Of a DNA stretch of 64,000 bases, positions 1-11,645 are shown piece by piece (the stretch's first letter is position 1; each line of letters starts with the position of its first letter). The stretch is from contig OX597819.1 in NCBI GenBank assembly GCA_951406725.2, forward strand, positions 132,742,001 to 132,806,000. The letters are read 5' to 3'. Source of the DNA: Octopus vulgaris. Lineage: Eukaryota. Under the pieces are notes generated by a model. It did not search any database. It saw only the letters and a program-made list of their open reading frames with translations, and was not told the DNA's origin. Both the position numbers and the translations under genes were made by a program.

Positions 1-570
1 CTCCGTTACTCCAACTGGTTCATATACTCCACTATTCAGCCACATATGATGTCACACAACAGATGAAATCCGTTCATGTACCGCAAAAGGGCCGCATGCA
101 TAAGCTGATGTGAATATGTGTTTCCTTATGCACGCTGCCCTTACGAATTGCATCCACCAACTGCATCTCTAGCGTGACATCATCGGTTACCGAACACTGA
201 AATATACGTAACAAATGAAATGAAAGAAAACCACGTTCAAGATCAGGATTTCTTTTATTTTGCTTCTCTCATTATTGATCTGCTCTTATATTAGGTTAGG
301 GCCCATAACAAATTGCGTCGGACCCTTGCAAACATGCAGCGGTGGAAGCTTCACACGATTAACAGAAAGAGAGGAAACCTGAATGGAATAATTTTCCCAT
401 GCTGAACACATTTTATCATATGTATATATGTTTATAGATTTTGAGAAAAAGGAGGCAGTCAAAAGTTTGGATAATTCTTTAGTAGCGTTTTCGTTCGTTA
501 ATCGAACTCTTCAGGACAGAAAAGCCAAAATGATAAAAACAGAAGCCTTCCTTGTTCTTTTATGTGAATC

Positions 571-645
<75 letters not shown>

Positions 646-730
646 TTAGAGACAAAACCACTATTTTGCAAAACAAACAAGGAAAGACTTAATCAATACA
701 TAAAACTTTAATAAATAGTCAAAAAAACCG

Positions 731-773
731 CCACTACAATTGTTTCTTGTCTTGATCGACAATCTTCAGGTGG
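731..773 (-). ncRNA. Minimal type-I hammerhead ribozyme
   Basis: Reverse complement reads ccac-CTGAAGA-ttgtc-gatcaa-gacaa-GAAA-c-aatt-g-TA-gtgg: intact core, stems I and II, palindromic stem III. Confidence 0.85.
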
Positions 774-2538
774 ACTTCCAATCTAAAATATCAATATTTT
801 AAAATATAAAAATAATAATTTTAAAATAATTAAAGTATGAATGAAAAAATATAAATATATAATCCATATATAACCTATATATAATCCATATATAATACAC
901 ACACGTAAACCACACACCCTCGACATATACAAATACCCACACCACTTACACATACCTATACATACATATAAACCTCAACATACACTCCAAAAACCCACTC
1001 AACCCCACACAGACAAATAAACACAAAAATTATGAATGGATTCTTTTATAAAACTACCATGATAAGCTAAAACTCACAAAACATAAATGATAAAACCTCC
1101 CTTTACTAAACACTATAACATACTTATATAGCAATCCCTTTAACCTATACATTCACACACAAATACACACACGTAAACCACACACCCATAACAAATACAA
1201 ACACCCACCCCACTCACACACACCCACAAGTACATATAAGCCTCAACATATACACCAAACAAAATTACTTTACCAAGGAACTTAACATATGTATAAAAAA
1301 TATATAACCGCTCTGGAAACGAACATCTTTAAAATAATGAATGGAGAAATGGGATAAATGGAATTAAAAATAATATTCACGTGGCAAAACGAACACCACT
1401 CAAAAATTATGAATGAAACAATGTAATAAAACAACCAACATCGAAAATAGACAAATTACCACGAATTCCCTAAAAAAACCCATGATAAACCAAAACTCTT
1501 AAAAACATATAACGATAAAATCTCCCTTTACTAAACTCTATAACAAACCTATATAGCAATCCCCTAACCTAAACATTCACACACAAAAACACACACGTAA
1601 ACCACAGACCCACAACTTATACACATACCTATACTAACTTATAAACCTCAATATACACCAAAAACCCACTCCCTCCCCACACAGACAAATTAACACATAC
1701 ATCCCAAAACCTAAATAACAAACCCATATACACATTCACACACAAACACACACACACGCAAAACACACACACACAACAGATACATATACTCCCTCAATAT
1801 ACGCATATACATACTCACTAAACTCGATATATACAACAATATTTACACACCCACACTCATACAGATAAATAAATTATACAACTAAAAAGTCACACACAAT
1901 CTCATATACATAAACACTCCAATAAAAAACAACATTAAATACATCGTAATTAACCAGAATATCAAAAATAACAATATGACATAAGGAGAAATAAAATACA
2001 TACTTACAAGTCAGTTTCAAATTATGTTAAGTTCCTTGGTAAAGTAATTTTGTTTGGTGTATATGTTGAGGCTTATATGTACTTGTGGGTGTGTGTGAGT
2101 GGGGTGGGTGTTTGTATTTGTTATGGGTGTGTGGTTTACGTGTGTGTATTTGTGTGTGAATGTATAGGTTAAAGGGATTGCTATATAAGTATGTTATAGT
2201 GTTTAGTAAAGGGAGGTTTTATCATTTATGTTTTGTGAGTTTTAGCTTATCATGGTAGTTTTATAAAAGAATCCATTCATAATTTTTGTGTTTATTTGTC
2301 TGTGTGGGGTTGAGTGGGTTTTTGGAGTGTATGTTGAGGTTTATATGTATGTATAGGTATGTGTAAGTGGTGTGGGTATTTGTATATGTCGTGGGTGTGT
2401 GGTTTACGTGTGTGTATTATATATGGATTATATATAGGTTATATATGGATTATATATTTATATTTTTTCATTCATACTTTAATTATTTTAAAATTATTAT
2501 TTTTATATTTTAAAATATTGATATTTTAGATTGGAAGT

Positions 2539-2581
2539 CCACCTGAAGATTGTCGATCAAGACAAGAAACAATTGTAGTGG
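2539..2581 (+). ncRNA. Minimal type-I hammerhead ribozyme
   Basis: ccac/gtgg stem I, CTGAAGA, ttgtc/gacaa stem II, GAAAC-AATT-GTA with a GUA cleavage triplet. Confidence 0.85.
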
Positions 2582-2759
2582 CGGTTTTTTTGACTATTTA
2601 TTAAAGTTTTATGTATTGATTAAGTCTTTCCTTGTTTGTTTTGCAAAATAGTGGTTTTGTCTCTAATAATATTTTATAATATTTTACTATAAAATTGGAT
2701 TTAATCCTAAATCTGATTTTTTCCCTGTAAATTTGGATTTATTCCCTAATATTTATTAT

Positions 2760-2804
<45 letters not shown>

Positions 2805-2816
2805 AATATATGTATA

Positions 2817-2862
<46 letters not shown>

Positions 2863-2975
2863 TATATACATATATACTTATGCACATTTATGTATATATA
2901 TACATACACACACATATATGTGTATATATATATATGTATATATACATACATACATTCTGTATGTATACACACACG

Positions 2976-3006
<31 letters not shown>

Positions 3007-3067
3007 AATGCATATATATATGTATGTATGTATTTATATACATACATACAAACATACATACATACAT

Positions 3068-3450
3068 CACTTTCACTTTGATCACTTTGACCGACCAGTC
3101 CGTCAGGCGTCCATTTGACACCGCTGGTCACAGTACGCTGTCCACTCCTCTCTGGATCGCGCCTTTCTCACCCACGTGATCCCAATCGTCCTCTTGAAAT
3201 CGTCACTCCACCGTCGTGGAGGTCTTCCGGGTGGTCTTTTCCGCTCACGCGGGTACCACACGACAACTGCATGCGCCCACCGATTATCGGTGAGCCGGGC
3301 GACGTGTCCAGCCCATCTGTACTTGCTGCGAGTATACTCTGCGATGACATCTCTCACGCCGGATTTCTTTCTGATGATGTTGCTATTTATGTGCTCTCTC
3401 AAAGAGCCATGGAAAGGTCAATGCTTGGTATCTCGTTGAGAGAGCACATA
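3068..3450 (-). mobile_element. RTE-clade LINE 3' fragment with 5' inversion
   Basis: Minus-strand translation RWAGHVAR...WYPRERKRPPGRPPRRWSDD; (AAAGTG)n tail at 3068-3090; upstream QRAMERSMLGISLREHI segment inverted at 3397-3450. Confidence 0.85.
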
Positions 3451-3994
3451 CATACATACATATATTGATATACATAGATATAGAATGAGAGAGAGAGAGA
3501 GAGAGAGGGGGGGGGAAAGAGAGACGGAGGAAGGGGAAAAGAGGAAATTGTTGAAAATGAAAATCAATTACATTTCGTAAACTTCCATATTTCTGCCCCT
3601 AAACCCAAGCTGCACAATATTAGAAGCGACACCTATATTCCAAATTCTACAGCTCACTATCCCTGAAAAACTCTGTTAGAGGAAAGCAACTTCCCTAGCA
3701 TATCCATGACAACATCTCAAAGATCCTTAATGTTCTCCTGACACCCCACCCCTCTCTCCCAAATTCCTTATACACTATCTAACCTTCTACAATGCTCAAA
3801 GGAATCCCAGCATGGAATTCTGCTTCCTCATCTGAGACAGAGCTGCTTCTACTTTATACACACAACCACCCGGAACTGCAGCCAGAGAAATATTTCTCCA
3901 CAACTGGCCTTGAAGCTACTCAAAGAATTCTTATTTCCACCTCATCCTCTCTTTTCTTCTTTGACTAAAATTCGTTTCCTTCTCTCTCACTCTT

Positions 3995-4130
3995 TACTCT
4001 TTTACTTGTTTCAGTCATTTGACTGCGGCCATGCTGGAGCACCGCCTTTAGTCGAGCAAATCGACCACGAGACATATTCTTTGTAAGCCCAGTACTTATT
4101 CTATCAGTCTCTTATGCCGAACCGCTAAAA
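3995..4130 (-). mobile_element. tRNA-derived SINE 3' fragment
   Basis: Reverse complement of the tail of the SINE at 28273-28687 (ggcggtgctccagcatggcc...tgactgaaacaagtaaaa). Confidence 0.75.
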
Positions 4131-4269
4131 CATCAGAATCTTCTTCCTCACAGCTAAGTTATTCCGGCGACCATTCTGAACTGTTCTGGGTTACTCTCTG
4201 CTAATGAGAGACGATAAGAAGGAAACCCGATTCATTAAGGACATATGGCAAAAGAGGAAATTTGCGAGT

Positions 4270-4432
4270 CGCAGGTGTGGCTGTGTAGTAATAAACTCGC
4301 TTCCCAACTGCAAGGCTCCGGGTTCAATCCTACTGCATAACATCTTGGGCAAGTTCCTGTTATTATATCCTTGGGCTGACCAAAACCTTGTGAGTAGATT
4401 TAATAGACGGAAACTGAAAGAAACCCGTTGTG
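4270..4432 (+). mobile_element. tRNA-derived SINE 5' part
   Basis: A-box-like tggctgtgtag, B-box ggttcaatcc; same body as 28273-28440. Confidence 0.75.
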
Positions 4433-4507
4433 ACCCTTACGAGCTGAGTTTTCGTCAGAAGCTTGTGTAACTTTATGTCGCACTGAGCCAAATCGAACTG
4501 CTTTAAA

Positions 4508-4533
4508 TGATGATAATAATAATAATAATAATG

Positions 4534-4600
<67 letters not shown>
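4508..4600 (+). repeat. (AAT)n microsatellite
   Basis: Direct reading. Confidence 0.95.
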
Positions 4601-4602
<2 letters not shown>

Positions 4603-4719
4603 TGGTTGTGATGCATGTGCCTGGTGTACCTTTATCAGACAGGTAGTCATGATGGGTATATTGGGCTTCGTATATTTTACCCCAGTGTCACTTTGATGGC
4701 ATGAACTGCTCTCTCACTC
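4601..4719 (+). mobile_element. 5'-truncated copy of the ~535-bp non-coding (AAT)n-associated element (family A)
   Basis: Matches 7137-7252 and the reverse complement of 60707-60825; ends ctcactc followed by (AAT)n. Confidence 0.8.
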
Positions 4720-4789
4720 AATAATAATAATGATAATAATAATAATAATAATAATGATAATAATAATAAGAAGAATAATAATAATAACG

Positions 4790-4821
<32 letters not shown>

Positions 4822-4822
4822 G

Positions 4823-4898
<76 letters not shown>
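4720..4898 (+). repeat. (AAT)n microsatellite; LINE target site
   Basis: Direct reading; it produces the false poly-Ile N-terminus of ORF 4730-6391. Confidence 0.95.
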
Positions 4899-4899
<1 letters not shown>

Positions 4900-6568
4900 C
4901 GTGAAAGCATTCAGCGATGACATCGGGATGGAGTTTGGACTTGAGAAGTGTGCCAAGGCCACTTTCCAGAAAGGGAAAGTGAAGACCACAAATTCAGTCG
5001 TGTTAGATGTTGACACAGTCATAAGAGAGCTTGAGCAAGAACAAACATACAAATATTTAGGGATAAATGAAGGCTCTGGTATTCAGCATGCAAGCATGAA
5101 AGAGAAGATCAGGAAGGAATGTTATAGGAGAGTTCGTGCAGTCCTGAAATCTGAACTAAATGCACGTAACAAGGTGTTAGCTATAAATTCCTTAGCAGTT
5201 CCAGTTGTTACTTATAGCTACAATGTGTTGAACTGGAATATGAGTGAAGTAAAGAATATAGATAGGAAAGTACGCAAGCTGCTGAGTTGTAATAGGATGC
5301 ACCACCCAAAGGCAGACGTAGATCGCCTTTACCTTCCCAGAGCCCAAGGAGGTCGAGGCCTGATCCAATTTGAACTAGCTTACAAAACAACCACAATTGG
5401 ACTGGCCAAATATCTCGAAATATCGAATGACTGGATGCTAAAGCTCGTGGAAAATCACGAGAGACGAAAGAAGCTTCATTCTATCATCAAGGAAAGCAAA
5501 AAATTTGCTATTGATCTCGTGCAGGATACCCAAACTGAACAACCCGAGGGAAGTACGGCAACTATTGTTGCAAAGAAGGTGAAAATGATGGCAACGAAAA
5601 AAGCGCACGAGCAATTGGCTGATAGGTGGGAGGAGAAACCTCTGCACGGCAAATATGTGACCCGCAGCAAACAAGCTGATGTTGACCAGAAGCAAACCCA
5701 TCAGTGGCTACGGAGCTCAGGGCTAAAAGCAGAGAGCGAAGGTTTCATCCTGGCTGCTCAAGATCAAAGCCTATTAACCTGGAACTACCAGGCCAATGTG
5801 ATGAAAAATGGAGCAGACCCAAAATGCCGATTCTGCAACGACATGATTGAAACAGTGGACCACCTAATCTCTGGATGTAAAGTCTTAGCACCAGTGGAGT
5901 ATAAATTAAGACATGACAGAGTTGGCCAATATCTCCACTGGCTAATAAGTCGGCATTACAATATCAAAACTGCCGACAAGTGGTATAATCACCACCCTGA
6001 GGCTGTAACTAAAGGAGAAAATGTAGCGATTCTGTGGGACTTTCCAGTACATACAGACCGAACCATCAAGGCCAATAAGCCAGATATTGTTGTGAAAGAC
6101 CAAAACAATAAAGTTTGCTTATTGATCGACATGAGCATCCCCTGTGATCATAATATCTCAGCGAAAGAGTTTGACAAGCTCAGAAAATATAAAGACCTAC
6201 TCATTGAAATTGAGAAAATGTGGCATCTCAAGGCGGTTACAATACCAGTGATCGTAGGAGCACTAGGAATGATCAAGAAGGGAACCGAAAATTATATGAG
6301 AATGATCCCTGGCTTACCATCCCTGCAAGAAGTGCAAAAGATTGTCTTAACTTGTACATCACACATATTGAGAAGAGCATTGTCGATGTGAGAACTGTTG
6401 CTGCTCATGTATTTTAATTTAACTTAAAAAAAAAAAAAAAAAAAAAAATTAACGAACTATTGAGTTTGGTTTAATGGCCTACCAATGTATACTATGAGTT
6501 TCTTTGCCCTATGAGTCGGGAAGACACTCGGCAAGAAATGGAAGCAAATTTGAAAGAAGAAAAAAAAA

Positions 6569-6570
<2 letters not shown>
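4899..6570 (+). mobile_element. 5'-truncated R4/Dong-like RLE non-LTR retrotransposon (family B)
   Basis: Flanked by (AAT)n on both sides; ORF followed by a 3' UTR with an internal A-run at 6426-6448. Other copies at 61290-61546 and 63122-64000. Confidence 0.9.
4901..6391 (+). CDS. RT C-terminus, CCHC knuckle and restriction-like endonuclease (open frame, 5'-truncated)
   Basis: FSDDIGMEFGLEKC, YKYLGI, CRFC...HLISGC, RHD, KPDIV..LIDMSIP, K..KY, PVIVGALG; no internal stops. Confidence 0.9.
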   Translation: MKAFSDDIGMEFGLEKCAKATFQKGKVKTTNSVVLDVDTVIRELEQEQTYKYLGINEGSGIQHASMKEKIRKECYRRVRAVLKSELNARNKVLAINSLAVPVVTYSYNVLNWNMSEVKNIDRKVRKLLSCNRMHHPKADVDRLYLPRAQGGRGLIQFELAYKTTTIGLAKYLEISNDWMLKLVENHERRKKLHSIIKESKKFAIDLVQDTQTEQPEGSTATIVAKKVKMMATKKAHEQLADRWEEKPLHGKYVTRSKQADVDQKQTHQWLRSSGLKAESEGFILAAQDQSLLTWNYQANVMKNGADPKCRFCNDMIETVDHLISGCKVLAPVEYKLRHDRVGQYLHWLISRHYNIKTADKWYNHHPEAVTKGENVAILWDFPVHTDRTIKANKPDIVVKDQNNKVCLLIDMSIPCDHNISAKEFDKLRKYKDLLIEIEKMWHLKAVTIPVIVGALGMIKKGTENYMRMIPGLPSLQEVQKIVLTCTSHILRRALSM

Positions 6571-6632
<62 letters not shown>

Positions 6633-6679
6633 TAATGATAATAATAATAATAATATTAATAATGATAATGGTAATGATA

Positions 6680-6719
<40 letters not shown>
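6571..6719 (+). repeat. (AAT)n grading into (GAT)n microsatellite
   Basis: Direct reading. Confidence 0.95.
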
Positions 6720-6723
6720 GGAT

Positions 6724-7252
6724 AAATGCCCTGATGCAGTACCGGGCAGTGGCTCTCATGGCTTCTGATCTTAATTAATTGGAGGTGTTATCATGTCTTG
6801 GTATAAAAGATGGGCTACAGCAAGTATTCTGCTCAACACCACAGATTTGCTTGTCAGTTGTTTGACCGTAACTAGTTGAGCATGTCCCTTGGTGGCTGAC
6901 GATATGCGTATCTCTGATCATGAGCAGAAGTAGTGGGGGAGCATCATAGCCATGTGTTGAGAGGAATTCACCTCTGGAAGCATGTATGTTTCGTTCATCA
7001 TCCTTAAACAAACCTTTTCCCGGGACCTTTTGGGCGGGATGGGTTTACTTGACCTGAAGAAAATTCTAACTAGGCCCCACCTACAAGGTCATGTGCTGTT
7101 TTATCTTGATATGAGATCACCATGTCACGCACATATTATTGTGATGCATGTGCCTGGTGTATTCTTATCAGACGGGTAGTCATGATGCGTATACTGGGCT
7201 TCGTATATTTTATCCCAATGTCACTTTGATGGCATGCACTATTTTCTCACTC
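6724..7252 (+). mobile_element. ~535-bp non-coding element (family A) between AAT/GAT tracts
   Basis: Collinear end to end with the reverse complement of 60707-61260; no ORF. Confidence 0.8.
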
Positions 7253-7261
7253 AATAATACT

Positions 7262-7475
7262 ATGCGTGTTTGAGTGTGTGTGTTTGTGTTTGTTCCAGTG
7301 TTGGTGTGTTTACGTCCCCGTAACTTAGCAGTTCGTCAAAAGACCCCGTTAGAATAAGTACTAGGCTTAAAATAAAAAAAGTAATAAGTCCTGGTATCGA
7401 TTCATTCAACTAAAAATTCTTCAAGGCAGTGCCCCAGCATGGCCACAGTCCAATGACTGATGCAAGTGAAAGGTA
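7262..7475 (+). mobile_element. SINE 3' half
   Basis: Matches 28480-28687 (tttacgtccccgtaacttagc...ccccagcatggccacagtc). Confidence 0.75.
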
Positions 7476-8023
7476 AATCTAAAGCGTCTGTCGTCCTTGC
7501 TCTTTCCATTGACATCCTTTTTAATAACCTTTTTAATTAACGAAGATGTCTTATGAAGTCCAGATTAGTTTTGCTTCTCGCTTCATTCTCTCCTTTCAAC
7601 TTTTCTCTTTCATAAACTTAGAATCTCTTCATATTTTGCTTTTTCTCTTCCATCGTAAAGTTCTTATGAGTTTATTTCGAAAGTACTTTCCTTCTTTGTC
7701 GTTTATTCTTCTTATTGTTGTTGTTGTCACTGTTGTTATTTAAGCTAATTTACAACAGCCGTGACAATTCTTTATTTTTTCTTGACCAAGCCAAAATAAA
7801 AAGACGTAATTCAATTCTTTACTTATTTTTAAAGTTTGCAGGAGAGACATGAGGAGAGTTGGCTGCTAATATTAGCATATCAGGTGACCCTCAGGAAACT
7901 CTATCTCTGAGTTGTTCATTGTAAGATATTGTAGTATTTATGGCCTTTGTATATGTGCGTCAATGTGTATGTGTGTGTGTGTATATATCTCTCCCTCTTT
8001 CTTTCCCTGTCTTTCTCTCTCCC

Positions 8024-8100
<77 letters not shown>

Positions 8101-8105
8101 TACAA

Positions 8106-8530
8106 GAGTAAGCACATAAATGCGAAACAAGGTGGAAAAAATAGTACTTGAATAGCAGAGGTAGAGTAATATATGCTTTTTAATAAAGTCTTCTTCTTCT
8201 TCTTCTTCTTCTTCTTCTTCTTCTTCTTCTTCTTCTTCTTCTTCTTCTTCTTCTTCTTCTTCTTCTTCTTCTTCTTCTTCCCTGCCAAGAATTCACAAAG
8301 ACCTCGAACCCACAAGATTAAACAAGAGAGACAGAGACAGGCAGAAACAAGGAAAATGCCTCTTGTATTTGAACACTATACAAATATTCTTTTAAAAAAA
8401 CTTTCCTTTTAATTTTTCCACAATTTAATTGTTTTCCATACTTAGAGTTGAAAAAGTGTCAATGACTGAAACCGGTACTGAAATGCTTTTTATGAAATTA
8501 TTTTAGCATTTTTTATCTTGATTTTTTTCC
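8106..8530 (+). mobile_element. Penelope pLTR-like repeat(s) with internal (TTC)n and a variant hammerhead-like motif at 8445-8480
   Basis: 8281-8530 is the reverse complement of 47890-48142; 8106-8185 resembles 17506-17580; motif TTGAAAA-agtg-tcaat-gact-GAAA-ccgg-TA-ctg. Confidence 0.6.
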
Positions 8531-8532
8531 AT

Positions 8533-8593
<61 letters not shown>

Positions 8594-9779
8594 TCTGTGT
8601 AGGTGCGTGTATGTATATATATACATATATATGTGTGTGTGCGCGAGTATTTTAATATTCCCGCATATACACACATACATACATGTATCGAAATTTGAGC
8701 TTATACATTGAAAGTTAAGTTTACAAGTATTCCTTGAACATTGAGATAACATGAGTTTACGTCGCAATAAACGGCGAGAGACGCTGCAAGAATTGTTCCA
8801 AGAACAAAAAACATGAACATCAACATGAAGAAATAAAATATTAATTGCCGCAAACGTGTAATTGGTATCTAAAATGGCATTCTTCATTGCATAACTAAAG
8901 AGAATCTCCAAGTCATTCTAGACTCTCTATTCTCAAAGTAACCGCGTTTCTTTCCTTTTTTTTAGTAGCAAAAGAGAACAATATGAAGGAAGGGACTATT
9001 CTAGTTTCCCAATTAAAGTGTTTAATAAAAATTATTGAATGTGTTGTTGGTTTATTTTATAGTAAAAGATTTTTTTGGACAAAAGAATAAATTCCTCTTC
9101 TGTGTGTTGCACATAGTCCAATCAGAAAGTGGCGGCAGCAAGTTTGCTTCATCGGTTTAGTGTTGAACGTTGGAATATTCCCTTAATCCCAAGGCATTGG
9201 TGAACCTTAGAATATTCCCTTAATCCTAAAGGCACTGGAATTGGCACAGTGAAACACCGACTAATATTTCGCAGGACTGAATAAAAAATATTACTTCGTT
9301 CTATCTATCACATTTCCTTCTGCTCAAAAACCGTTCTTTTGAATTTCAACATGCAGTATATGTTAACATGGTTCTGCGATCTCAATGCCTCTGCTAATAA
9401 TTTATTAAGGATACGCAGATAAGAATTTCTCTCTCTTTTACTCTCTTTCTCTCTCTCTGTTTAGAATTTCAAACTATTGTAGATTGTTTCTCCGAAAATG
9501 TGGTTCATATCATTCACAAATAAACGGCGTTAGTCGCAGAGTAATTTGCCCAGAGACACAATCCACATTGCCAAATGAATGCTTTGTGCATTTGTTGTTG
9601 CGTTGGTTGTGTGCAAAGAAGCCATTTATTTATATATGCACCATTATTCTTATGGACACATACAACATTATATCTATATATATATATACATAATATATAC
9701 ATAAAAATATGTATTATATATATATATATCTCATATTTACTTATATATACATCTGCAATACATATTCTTTTACACACAT

Positions 9780-9810
<31 letters not shown>

Positions 9811-10309
9811 AATACACACACACGTACATATGTGTGCGCAGGTGAATATATGATGCCGTACATCAGGCCTAAAGTAATTTCTCATGTTGAGTATCAGTCA
9901 TTAGTTTCAGCCTAATGTAAATTATGGTCGCTATTAACGTGATTCTGAAATAAGGTATCATTTTACTTTGGTAAATGCAAAACTTTTACCACTTTCTTCG
10001 ATTACCTTAATTATGTATGTTCAAAACAGCGTTGAATTTCTTGGTCATACAGAAAAGACGCTGATAACTCGCGTGGCGCTGGGAATATTCTCGCCATTAG
10101 GTTAGAAGAAGAGCGATTTCACCTCCATGTTAGGTCTATTTTCGAGTTTAGTGCGAGTCAAAGAAAACCATGATGCGTAACTGGAACATCTGGAAGAGAG
10201 GAAAACCGACACACTTCATGGCAACACTTCTGAAAGCCTGCTACGCCTAATTTACAGCCTGTTAAACGTAACCTTTACAACAGCCTAAATAAATACTCTA
10301 CATACATAC

Positions 10310-10367
<58 letters not shown>

Positions 10368-10451
10368 ATATACATACACCCATACACATATCTATGCCTG
10401 AATACACACACGTGTATGTGTGTATATATGTATATATACACACACACACAT

Positions 10452-10493
<42 letters not shown>

Positions 10494-11399
10494 GATTTAT
10501 CTCCGTATGTATGTACAGGGTTAATCTGATTGGTTCATCTATTTTCTTGCGCGGGTGTGGGGGTGGAGGAGAGATTGTTTGTTGCTTCGCTACAACAAGG
10601 CAAAAATAATTAAAATGGGGGATCGTACTTAATCTATTTACAACACATTTAATCTATTTATTGGGTTCCTAATGAGAAAGAGAAAAAGAAGGACAGGAGT
10701 GAGACATAGAGAGAGAGAGAGAGAGAGGAGGAAAGAGAGAGAGAGAAAGAAAGAGAAAGAGAGATAAAAGCGGCGAGAGTGTGAGAGGGATAAGGCAAAA
10801 GAATAGAGTTCTTCAATGGAGAGAGCAGAATGTAGTGTACACGTGATGTCAATGTAGAAAAAAATTACGGAGACAGCAAGAGAGAGGAGAGAGGAGAGAG
10901 GAGATAGGAGAGAGGAGAGAGGAGAGAGGAGAGAGACGAGTGAGAGAGGGAGGGAGATAGATAGACACATGAATAGAGAGAGAGAAGTAACGTAGTGAAT
11001 GGATAAATGTGTTATTGGCGCCGTCGACTTTAATGGTTCATTCTTTCCTAAATCAAATGTTTAGCGACATTTTTACACCGTTCAAACGTTTTATTCGCTT
11101 CTTGCCATGGCGTACGACATGCATACTTTCTATTTATTGATAATTTATAAGTTATTGAGGAATAAAGAAAAAAAAAACATAAAAACAGACAAACAAACTC
11201 TCACTGGATTCTGGCAAGTGAAAAAGGATGATTGCACGGGGAGCGATGCATTTCTGCAGCATTTGAATACACACACACACACACGCACACACACACATGC
11301 GCGCGCACGCACGCACACACACACAAACACACACACACACACACACAAATATGTATATACATACAGAACGGAGAAGTTAAGTGATAGAGTAGATGTTTT

Positions 11400-11645
<246 letters not shown>

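Larger units (their letters stand above)
639..2673. mobile_element. Foldback element with 651-bp near-perfect inverted arms (639-1289 / 2023-2673); Penelope pseudo-LTR-like
   Basis: The arms are reverse complements by direct reading (one mismatch noticed). Each arm holds a hammerhead motif. The spacer contains diverged direct copies of arm subunits and no ORF. Confidence 0.85.

Noticed and set aside
4730-4898. Poly-Ile N-terminus of the 553-aa ORF as a membrane anchor or fusion protein
   Set aside because: It is the (AAT)n target tract in frame by chance with a 5'-truncated LINE.
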